DNA from: Octopus sinensis
Taxonomy: Eukaryota
NCBI RefSeq assembly: GCF_006345805.1
Contig: NC_043001.1
Location: forward strand, 45,570,001-45,634,000
DNA length: 64,000 nt
Reading direction: 5' to 3'
Part shown: one piece after another, positions 52,883 through 64,000 of the stretch
How positions within the stretch are numbered: position 1 is the stretch's first letter
Layout: each line of letters opens with the position of its first letter
Notes under the pieces: model-generated
Seen by the model: the letters and a program-made list of their open reading frames with translations, nothing else
The model's database searches: none
What the model was told of the DNA's origin: nothing
Made by a program: the position numbers and the translations under genes

Positions 52883-55351
52883 GTAAGTGAAGTGATGCAA
52901 TAATTTTATCCTGATACAAATGCTGCTATTGTCATTGTTGACTAAACCAACAGTGCTAGGGTAACAACAGAAACCTGTGGTAGCAACTAGCAAATCTTGA
53001 AGCAGAGACTTGAGTGTTATTCTGTTCTGTGGCCTATCTGTATAATAATCACTACCACACATGTTTTTAGCCATGTAAAATATAAGCTCTCAGAAAAAAC
53101 ATGTCCATGTGCTCTCCAATCTGTTCTTGTATAAGATAAGGCATTATGTAATCCTGTTCATAGAATCAAAATGGCTGAGTGAGTAAGGTTTTAGACAACC
53201 TACTTACAGATCATGAAACCTGTGCGGCGGTTTCTATCCTGAATTTTTTGTGATCACCCACCCTGCTTCTTTTCTTTTCATGAACACAAATGACTGATTC
53301 AGTAAGTTATTAAACAATCAACCAAAACGTCAGTGGTTATGCTTCCTGTCTCTGTTACTGCCTGTAACCAGTATATTCAATTACCACAGTAAATTTGCTT
53401 ATCACAATGTTTTAACATTAAATATGATACACAAATGGTTATTTTTATTTAATACTGTATCGTCTTATGTAATGGATTTTATTCAATCAAATGGCTATTT
53501 GCAACATCATTAAATGTTTATTCAGTTTTCCTTTATTGTTGGTGACAAATTTCTTCTTAGCATGTGGTTGGCTATGAATACATGTTACTGACAGAGTCTA
53601 ATGAAGCAGAAATGCATAAAGTATTCTTACAGGCTGCTGCTAAGACAATTTTTATCTGCCTCCAGTATATTTTGTGTTTTTAAACACAGCACATCCATGA
53701 TATCTCAGAATGTGTACTGCAGTAAATTTGTCTGTCACAATATATTTTTTCTACTATAAGCACAAAGCCTGCAATTTTGATGAAGGCTAGTTAATTACAT
53801 CAACCTCAGTGCTCAACTAGTGCTTTATTTTATCAACCCGAAAAGAATGAAAGGCAAAGTCAACCATGATGTAATTTGTACTCAGAATGTAAGGCTGGAA
53901 GAAATTCTGTTAAGCATTTTGTCCAACCCACTAATGTTTCAACCAGCTCACCACCCTGCCTATCACAATATATTAACATTAAATATGATACACAGATGTT
54001 TATTTTAATTTAATATTGCTTCTGTTACATGTAACAGATTTTCAATTATCAAAGATTTTAATTTCATCCGGCTCTGTCTTAAAGTGCCACAGAGTTATAC
54101 AGTTCATTATGGCTAACAGACTTATAGGCTACACTTAGTTGTTCAGGCAGCTACCATGCGACTGCTCTATCATAGCTAACCTGAGATTAAACAATGTTTA
54201 CAGCAGCAACAGCACTTAAAACTGAAGAGTGTTCTTTTAGCTTGCTACTCCGTCATTTTGCAGCTCAGTGAAATCAGTGACAAACCTACTCCACTGGTTT
54301 TAGAAATGCCTTAACAACTTAATAGTTTTACAAAATGAATCACTCTACTAACCAAGAACATTTTATTACTGGTGATGTTAAGCCTGCCACTATCATCCTA
54401 TCAGTCTACAAAAAAACAGGTACTCTGAGATACAAATAAGTGACAAAAATTTTATAGGCCTTAAAGCTATAAGATATTTACATGTTTACATCCTACTCTC
54501 TTAAAAGAAAAGGATACATTAAATAACATATCCAGAGTACACTATATTTGAATAAAAAAACTGGATGATCATGCTAGGAATATCTTTAATTAGGGTTGAT
54601 CTGGAGCTAAACAACACTGTATTAGAATATCATTGTGCTAGTAATGATGTATGAACTCCCAACTTTTCAGCTGACAGGATGAAATCTTATCCATAGAGCC
54701 ATTGCTAGCTATTGTGGGCTGTTCATTCTATTAATGAAATTGTAGGTTAATTATGTATATGTGCATTAATACAAGATATAAATTGGCATCTCTACAATTC
54801 CCTCTTTTTAATTAACTTGATATGATGGCGGATGTCCTTTCTCCAAGCACATTTACAATGTTTTACTTAGTTACTTCATTTGAAAACTTATACCAAGGTT
54901 GTTGTTTTTGTTTTTTGTTTGTTTTTTTTTTGGTAGGGGGGTTGTCAACCACTTCCAAGCCATGTTAGTATAAGGCTGGATAGCCATTGAACTCTAAGGA
55001 GACTAATATTGGTAATACTTAATTAAAAGCAACTTTAGACTTCAGAGACCTTCTACATCTGAAGTTCTCCTTTTCCTCCTCCTCCACCTCCTCAGGAAAT
55101 ATCATTACGTCAGCCATATATAAGATCTAAGTGGTGAGGTCGCTGGAAAGCAGTAAGCAAGATTATATAAACCTATATATATATATATAATAATCCTTTC
55201 TATTAAAGGCACAAGGCCCAAAATTTGGTGGGAGGAGACTAGTCGATTACATCAACCCCAGAATTTCACTAGTATTTAATTTACTGACCCCCCCAAAAGG
55301 ATGAAAGGCAAAGTCAACCTCAGCAGAATTTATAATAATAATAATAATGAG

Positions 55352-55750
55352 TATAATCCTCGACATCACTTAGTGTTCCGTTGCCCATGCTGGCATGGGT
55401 TGGACGGTTTGACTAGTGCTGGTAAGCTGAGGGACTGCACCCTTCAGTCTGATTTGGCATGGTTTCTATGGTTGGATGCCCTTCCTAATGCCAACCACTC
55501 TGAGAGTGTAATGGGTGCTTTTACGTGCCACCAGCATGGGTACCAGTTTGCATAACACCAGTATCTGCCACAATTTCACTTGGCTTGATGAGTCTTCTTC
55601 TCAAGCACAGCATATTGCCAAAGGTCATGGTCATTTGTCATTGCCTCCTTGAGGCCCAGCACTCGAAAGGTACTTTTTACATACCACTGATATGGGTGCT
55701 AGTTATGCAATACCAGCATTGGCCACATTACCTCTGTGAGGCCCAACACT
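55352..55750 (-). mobile_element. RTE-like LINE 3' fragment
   Basis: Shares gctggcatgggttggacggtttgac, ggatgcccttcctaatgccaaccactc and cttctcaagcacagcata with 28528-29110. Confidence 0.8.
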
Positions 55751-57082
55751 CAATAGAAAAATGAATATTTAGATGCACTGAGCCTTGCTCAGATAATTGT
55801 CATCATTATCTTATACCTGTTTTACCATGCTGGTATTGGTTAAAGTAGTCTGCTAGCAACTTTGGCATGGTTTTTTAATGGCTGAATATCCTTCCTATTA
55901 CTGGGTGTTTTATCAGATCATCAGCACAAGTGATTGTCTGAAATGGTACTATAGAGCCCCCTCTATCCTCTTTTTCTTTTTTAATTCAGAGTTACTGCTC
56001 TCTTCAATAGTTTACTTGTATGCAGCTTGCAAAATCTACAATCTTTTCTCTTCGTTTCTTCACTCGGTATGCTATATACTCTATACCATAGCTTCCCAAA
56101 GTGGGCAATTTCAACTTACAGATGAGCAACGGGTGAATTTCTAGAAAATGGTGGGCAATTTGAGATTTTGGTAGGCAATAGGAACATTTTGTGAGTGACA
56201 GTGAATTTTTAGAAATTAAGTCTGCATTTACTGATATCTAGGCACACCTAGAATAAGGATGCACTTTTATCGATTTGACTACTCACATGAGACGTACCTT
56301 TGTATTAAAAAATGTAGACTTGTTTATCAATTGAATATTTTTGTCATAGTCATTGAAATGGTTTTCATGCGTGCTAAAAATAGCAACCAAATAGGCCTAG
56401 GCCTTAAATCACACTACACTACAATTTTTTTTTTTTGCATAATCGTATGAAGTCCCGTGTGTAGAATTCAAATTTGCGAAAATTTTCTGAAAACTCCGAA
56501 AAATAAAAGAGTTATGAGGAGTTATATGTCATGTGTAATTCTGTGGTTTCATATCAAAAAAACACAAGTGCTATTTTCAGGATGTTGACACACAAAATGA
56601 CAGCTTTAAAATTGTGTTTCTTGACTGGATGAAAATGATCAAACTTTAAAAAGTTACACTTTTTAAAAACATTTTTGTGGAAGAAGTTGAATAACTCCAG
56701 CAATTTAGCTTGGAAAGGTACATTAATGTGCCAAATTCTAAAATTTTTGATAAACTTTAATTTCTGAAATGCTGGTAGCCAAGCAAACTAGATCCATATT
56801 TGCTCCAGTAAAGACATGTCATCTAACTCTGTTGAATACTTCTTCTCTTTGGGAATACAATACTGCCTTTCTGACACCATCTGTAGAAATTTGTTTTCAC
56901 ATTTTCACTTTATTGATGCCTCCAGTCAAGAAAATTTGTCAACAGTATAGTAGTGATTATTTATCTTTTGGATTTATTCCCTTTCTTTCAAGCGGAGAAT
57001 TCTCTGCAGGTGATAAAAGTGTAAACATGTAAAACAAAGTGAATAAAATAATATTGCAAAATTCTAGTTTCTTGTGTGTGTG

Positions 57083-57115
<33 letters not shown>

Positions 57116-57117
<2 letters not shown>

Positions 57118-57232
57118 GAAAAAGGGACAGGCAACAGGTTGCTTGACCGCAATTAGAAATAAGCATTTTTGACTGCTATTTCTACTTTTTTCGGTATGCG
57201 GTCAAGCAACCTGTTGCCTGTCCCTTTTTCTT
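57116..57232. repeat. Perfect 36-bp inverted repeat (hairpin)
   Basis: 57116-57151 is the exact reverse complement of 57197-57232. Confidence 0.95.
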
Positions 57233-57366
57233 ATATACAATATATATTGAACTTTACAGAAGTTCCTGCCGGTAATCGGCTATATTTACATACCGAATTC
57301 TACCAGTAAATAATTGTGGTCTTTTTTTTAAAAACCATTATAGAAATTATTTACCCTTATTATTAT

Positions 57367-57422
<56 letters not shown>

Positions 57423-57425
<3 letters not shown>

Positions 57426-58010
57426 GGTATAGAGTCAAGGTAGAAAATGCTAAAATAATTTAATAAAAAACATTTCAGTTTCGGTTTTGGTCATTGAGAC
57501 TTTTTCAATTGTAAGTATGGAAAACAATTAAATTTTGGAAAAATTAAATGAAAAGTTTTTTAAAAGAATATTTGCATAGTATTCAAATACAAAGGGCATT
57601 TTCCTTGTTTCTGCCTGTCTCTCTTGTTTACTCCTGTGGGTTTGAGGTCATTGTAAATTCTTGGCACAGAAGAAGAAGAATAATGCAGGAGTGCTATGAT
57701 AGTAGTAGGATGGTAAATGGTCAAGCGCCCTGAAAGTGACTTGTTGTGGATGGTAGTAATGAATGAATTCTTGAGACATCTCTTTTGAATATATTGTTTA
57801 TAATATTTGCGTGGGTGTTATTCTAAAAAGCAATAGTAGTAAAGTAAGGAAGGAGGTGGCGGAGAGGAAGAAGGAGAAAGAGAAGAAGAGAGAATAATAA
57901 GGGAATGCTGGATGTTATGATAGTAGTAGGATGTTAAATGGTCGAGTGACCTAAAAGTGGCTCGTTGTGGATTATAGCAGTGGTTGGGACTGTTTTTAAG
58001 GAATTCTTGT
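57423..58010. mobile_element. Unclassified (TA)n-flanked dispersed element with an internal ~55-bp duplication
   Basis: atgatagtagtaggatg.taaatggtc at ~57697 and ~57917. Microsatellites lie on both sides. Confidence 0.45.
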
Positions 58011-58015
58011 GTGTG

Positions 58016-58050
<35 letters not shown>

Positions 58051-60842
58051 GTGGAATAGGTAAAATGCATGCTACATATGTTTCTTAGCTAGGCGAAGCT
58101 CATGATATTCCAATAAATGTTATTGTATACTGTCCGCTTTTTGTTCTCTATACCTGCCACTCACTGCTTACCAACTTCCTATGCTTGGATCCCCTGGATC
58201 ATATAATTTATAAATGCAAGACTTCCAAGAACTGGAAAAGGAGGTCTTTTAAGATCTAGTTATTAGCTTCAGGTGGCCAAGTGGTAAATCTCATACTTTT
58301 CACCCCACCCCATATGTGCTGGTCTATTACAATAGGTAATATGCTCTTGTGACCTTGTACATATTTCAACATCTAGGTGAACTGAGGCAATATAAAATTA
58401 AGGGTTCTATGTAGAAATACAATGGAATTTCTAAAGTAGATTTGCATTCATAACCTATGAATGGATAGTTTTATATTTTATCCACTCTGCTACCTCACCT
58501 CTGAAATATATATTAAAAGATGTTAAAGATTAAGACAGTAAAGCATCACTCTGAATGCATTGTTATATTGAGTTTTGTCCCTCTGGTTTCTAAGTTCAAA
58601 TTTCACAAGAGCTAAGTTTGCTAATCATCCATCTGATATCAGTCAATGAACTAATATACTAGGGAAGTAATTCAATCAACTATAAACTGCTCTTCTATGA
58701 AAATTAGTCTTGTACACTCGTAAGAAATCAGTATTATATAGTCTAAAAACAGCCATAATGTTTAGCTTTCATCTAGTGAGTTGTATGTGTCTTGGTTTCA
58801 ATTCCCAGCTAGAATCTTTTCATTTCATTGATACAAATGATTCAGGAAAGAAAGGTTTAAAAAGAAATAAATGAAGAAAGTTTTTTTTTTTTTTTTTAAT
58901 CAGTAAATGCTGTAAATTCAGCAGTGGCTTATATCAGCCCTAGAACTTAACTATTTCATTTTATCAAAGTCAAAAGATGAAAAATAAAATTCATCTTGGT
59001 AGGACCTGAACTCAGAATGTAGAAAAATGTGGCTAAATACTGCAAAGCATTCTGTTTCTAACAATTTTGCCATCCAAACAACAACAACAACAACAACAAT
59101 AAGCCCTTTCAGCATTTGTAGATTTGCATAAGCTGTCAAATAAATTTCAGATTGCTTGTGAACTTTCATTAAATAAACATATGCCATTGATTTAGAAATT
59201 CTAAATTTGGTTCACAATTCTTCTGATAGCTTCAAATCAACCAGTCAACCTGACTCTGTTGTTTTGTATTAACTGTCCTTGAAGAACAGCACACTTGTCA
59301 GTTCAATTTGTATGGTAAACCCCTCCAAGGGCTGTAGAGTGTAGGAGGGGAGATGGAAGCTAGGTGGAGTTGGGGGACTATATTATTGGGTTTGCTCAAT
59401 TTGAAAATACTTATAAATGCTGGAAATGCTTAAGAGTAATTGCAGAAGAGAGGGAAGGGTTGGATGGTAAAAGTGACATAAAAATCTTTTTAAAAAATTA
59501 AAACAAACATTAAATATTTACATTTATATATATATTTGATATTTTGAGACTTAAAAAAAAAAGAAACATTATGTCAACAAGTGAATATGTGTGACTTAAT
59601 GGCCAGGGAACCAAAATTATTGCCTGTGTGTTTCTGATTGATCATTGAATGCTTTTAAATATTTGCTTTCTAAATGTTGTTAAGATCTCAATTAGAATAC
59701 AAAATACTTTCTTTGGAGTTTGTGGCCAAATCCCGACATTATATGTATGCATGTTTATCTTTGTGTCTATGTTTGTCTTGCTGCTACTACTTGACAACTG
59801 GTATTGGCTTGTTTACATCCACATAACTTAGCAGTTTGCCAAAAGAGAGTGATAAAATAAGTACCAGACTAAAAATAAATAAATAAGTACTGGGGTTGAT
59901 CTGTTTGATTAAAACCCTTAAAGGCAGTGCCCTAGCATAGCTACAGTCCAATGACTGAAACTAGTAAAAGATAAAAGATGGAAAAAGTTAGGAATGATGG
60001 AAGTAGAAAGAGATGCTTGGATGAAAGAGAAACTGCTTGTCATTTTCTGTCTGGTTGTAAAGAACTTAAGACGATTGTATTTAAAAAAAACAAAAACAAT
60101 ATAAATAGTGCACTGATTGATACTTACATTAGCTTGGGCAAAGTTAAGAATATTAGTAGTTTAGCATGATATATATATTAAAAAAAAATAGAAAGGCAGA
60201 ACACTTCAAGAACTAGTTCTATTGAGATTTCAAATATCATATATCAAAAATCAAAGATTTAATTTTAGAAGAAATAAAATACTCTGCCAAGAAAATATGG
60301 ATTATTGATATGGCTCGTCTCAATAACAAACAAAATAACAACAAGAAACATTGAGGAAGTTCCAATAAATAGATTCAGAGATGTGTGAGGGAAGGAAAGA
60401 GGATATATATATATATAATATATATATATATGGTGAAAGATAGGCTACTTAAGTAGCAGGATAGCTGAATTTTAAAGGCATGTGAACAGAGAAATGAGAC
60501 ATAAAATGAAAGCATTAAGAGATATGTAAACAAATGCTGAAGGTTCTGTGTAGCATGGAGAAATGAAACCATTGAGAAAAGCGCTCAAAACATTGAGCAT
60601 CTCTAAGGTAATTGGTATTTTTGCCACCAGGTCAACACTGATCGAGCAAACCTCCAACAATCACTGGCATTTCAGTTGTGATCATTGTGGCTTTTGCAGT
60701 TAAATCTAGGACCACATTTGCTCATATGTCCTTTTTTTTATAAAAATACTAGGGTGCAATTTGGAGGAATTGTTTGCTAGTTCCAGCAACCCAATTGACA
60801 CATAGATGCTTACTTTTAAGCTTGTGAACTTTACTGTTTTAA

Positions 60843-61051
60843 CCCCTTGGGGACAGATTTAGTATTGGCTATCTTTACTGTGTACTGGTATTAGGCTATT
60901 CAGTAGCTACATAATTTTTCATACAAGGAATTTTACAGTATTTACAAATTCTTCTCACTGTGATATATTTGAAAACACAATGCCACACAGAGCGAGACAT
61001 CGCACTGCTCAGACACAGTGATTCAATGTACCACTTCTCATCTGCAAGGGA
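60843..61051. mobile_element. TTAA-flanked MITE
   Basis: TTAA|ccccttgg..aga ... tctgcaaggga|TTAA. TIRs imperfect. Confidence 0.55.
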
Positions 61052-61673
61052 TTAAAAGGGGCTAACAAAATTTTGGCAATCTAGTAACCTGACATGTTAT
61101 GGGCTAATCATGAATGTAACAGTGGTACAAGGCCACAAATTTAAGTGATGGGTATAGTTAATTAAATCAATCCTGATATTTAATTATTACTTTATTTTAT
61201 CGACTCCAAGATCAATAATGCTAGCAATAACATTAAACTAAATAATAGCCTGTATTAGTTTGGAACTGATCTGGATAATAGAAGTCACTAAGTTAATCCA
61301 TATCATCACCAAAACTTTGAGGTAAACCATATTGATGTAATCCTGTTGATTGCACAGTAGTTATGTCAATGTATGCATATATTAGATGTCATTTACTTTG
61401 ACTACAATTATAGCTATAAAATGTTCAGAGGCATATAATATAAATAATGAAAGAGCTATTTCTCTTTAAGTATTATATTATATTTATGAGTATTTTTCTT
61501 TTTCCATTTCATGTTTTGTGTGACAGCGAGTTGTAACCATCTGTTTATAGAAATAAAAAAAAAAAAGTAATTCAGTTTCATAGACAAGAATTTCACCGAC
61601 CAAAATATGGTTTAGTTACTTCTCTATGAACTGTGATTTTATTTCTTTATACCTTACACTCGTATATGCACAT

Positions 61674-61720
<47 letters not shown>

Positions 61721-62402
61721 GATTATAGTCACGACACCAGAATCAGAATTGTATGAGACTATGGAGTATAGAAATCATATTCTATAACACACAAAGCTCA
61801 TGAAATGTTACATATGTGTGTGCATGCATGCATGTATGCATGTGTGTATCTATGTATGTACACATGTTTGTACATGTGCTTATGTATATAGCTGCAGGTG
61901 CTTGTGTGTGTGTGTGTGTGTGTGTGAGTATGTATATGTGTGCGTACAATGTTATTTTCTATTTTATCTCTACCATCATTGCTAGCTTACAAATGATCAA
62001 AGCATTTTGTTCTTCATTCTGTTAACTGAAATTGCGTGTTTTGGTGAAGTAAAAGCAAAAGAAACAGAAGGTGGTGGTGGTGGTGGTGTAATGTAGTTGA
62101 TGGTGAAAGCTGCAGGCTAGAAACAGCTACAGTCTTGAATTATTTAACATCAATGTTTATATGACTTTGTTATTGACCTGACGCAAGTCACTGTTTCATG
62201 ATGATGCTGTTCCATATGGAAACATGTTGTGAAATATATTGATTTATATGTATGAGAGATGGATGCAAAAATAATATTCTGACTTTGCACTTCCATTTCC
62301 TCTTGAACAGAAATAAAAATCTTTGAATTGTTCAAGAATATGCTGAGTTCATTATTGAGATACAGTAGTTCTGAAGCAGACATTGTTATAAATACTCTCT
62401 CT

Positions 62403-62490
<88 letters not shown>

Positions 62491-62612
62491 TTACATATAT
62501 ATAAAATAGATAGATAATTAAGTGGATAAGTACTTCCTGGTGAACCTGAAAATTATTCTATCTTGCAATAACATATTATAGATAGATAGATATACATGTA
62601 CACACACACATA

Positions 62613-62653
<41 letters not shown>

Positions 62654-62696
62654 CATAGCTGTGTGGTTGCTTTCCAACCACATAGTTCCAGGTATG

Positions 62697-64000
62697 AGAC
62701 TTTATTAATCAACAAGGAACCAGTGAAAATCAAACTGGATACAGGTGCATTGTGCAATATTTCCAAATAAATGTTCAAAGTTTGAATTTGAAGAATAAGG
62801 AACTGTCAAGATCAAAAGGTGAAACTTGTGTCATACTTCGAAGAAAAGTGATTCCCACTTGGACAGCTAGCACTACCAGTATTAAGTGAAATCAGTGGCA
62901 CTTCAGATGAAGTGCTATTCTAGGTTGTGGAAGAAAAACTTGTGAGAAATTGAAGTTGGTACAGCAAGTTCAAAACATTCAGAAAGTGAATACAGACATG
63001 GAAGAATATCCAGAGCTGTTCCAAGGACTCGGATGCATGCCAGAGAACATCACATAGAATTAGTGGACAAAATCACACCCGTAGTACACCTGCTGCGAAA
63101 AGTGCGTGCTGCTTTGATGGACAAGGTGCTAGCAGAACTTAATCAAATAACCAAGCTTGGAGTTGTCTCAGAGACATTCAACCCACAAACTGGGTTAATA
63201 GCATGGTAGTGAAACCAAACAAGACGAGGATCTGTATAGACCCAAAAGATCTTAATCATGCCATAAAAAGAGAACATTATCCCATGAGAACTGTTGAGGA
63301 AATTATGTCACAAATGCCAGGTACCAAGCTGTTCCCTGTTCTTGATGCAGAGTTTGGATTTTGGTAGATGCAACCTGATGTACCTTCAGTACTCTGTTCG
63401 GTAGATACCAATTCACTCGACTACTTTTCAGAATGAAGATGGCACTGGAAGTATTTCAGAGAACAATATCACAGATCCTTGAAGGTTTATCAGGCACAGA
63501 ATGTATTGTTGATAACATTTTGGTATGAGGTACAAATGTCAAGCAACATGATGAAAGACTGCATGCTGTTCTGGACAGAATACAGCCAAGTTGCCTGAAA
63601 CTGAATGCAAGGAAATGCAAGCTGAGAATGACAGAGGTCACATATGTAGGGCATCTTCTCACTGACATGGGACTGAAGCCAGATCCTGAAATGGTGAAAG
63701 CTATCTGAGAAATTCCAGAGTCTGAAAACAAAACAGATACTGTATGATACAGTATGTGGGAAAGTGCAGTGAAACTGCAACTCTACAAGAGTTATTGCCA
63801 AAGGACGTTGCATGGCACTGGGAAGAAAGGCAGCAAACATGTTTCAAGAATTTGAAACAAAGAGTGGCAGAGACTCCAGTACTACAGTACTTTGATGTTA
63901 CAAAGCCAATAACGTTATCAGTGGATGCAAGCTCCAAAGGGTTAGGAGCAGTGTTGATACAAGCTGACAAGCTTGTAGCATTCGCTTTGAGGTCACTGAC
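62697..64000 (+). mobile_element. Ty3/gypsy pol remnant (protease-RT-RNase H), running off the window end
   Basis: Protease KIKLDTGA (DTGA codons 62738-62749). RT: RICIDPKDLNHAIKREHYP, LDAEFGFW, FGRYQFTRL, IVDNILV. RNase H: YFDVTKPITLSVDASSKGLGAVLIQ. Stops and frameshifts present. Confidence 0.92.

Noticed and set aside
53172-53240. ctgagtga...gaaacc hairpin cluster resembling a ribozyme
   Set aside because: The core is not CUGANGA, extra bases separate the stem from GAAA, and there is no stem I or NUH site.
53340-54060. Local imperfect duplication (53389-53495 versus 53721 and 53963-54055)
   Set aside because: Short, AT-rich and diverged, interrupted by a SINE, with no evident function.
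62150-62488. ORFs such as (RE)n, (YI)n, (CV)n, (HT)n in the ORF track (also 1157, 13483, 22188, 31347, 44998, 61800, 62518)
   Set aside because: These are translations of microsatellites or low-complexity tracts.

Overview
An AT-rich eukaryotic window, dense in repeats and microsatellites. It is most likely from an octopus/cephalopod genome; this is inferred from its tRNA-derived SINEs, its RTE and CR1 LINE tails and its very abundant (TA)n/(CA)n/(GA)n tracts. There is no intact protein-coding ORF, rRNA, true tRNA or CRISPR array. Most recognisable sequence is decayed mobile DNA: two Ty3/gypsy pol remnants (6.5-9.2 kb with PPT and 3' LTR; 62.7-64 kb), Tigger and mariner transposase remnants, CR1, RTE and R4/Dong-like LINE fragments, two Helitron-type elements, TTAA-flanked MITEs and many SINEs. 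One convincing + strand coding exon (52787-52882) suggests that much of the window is intron of an unidentified host gene. A CpG-retaining block at about 11.7-19.5 kb may be its promoter region. The best finding is a type I hammerhead ribozyme with a complete core on the - strand (30045-30140; CUGACGA/GAAA core, GUC cleavage triplet). It lies in a ~380-nt non-coding unit flanked by (TA)n, like a retrozyme or non-autonomous Penelope-like element, and decayed look-alikes occur elsewhere in the window. Also notable are several long hairpins and a terminally redundant retroelement that carries only ORF1. Many repeat boundaries are approximate.
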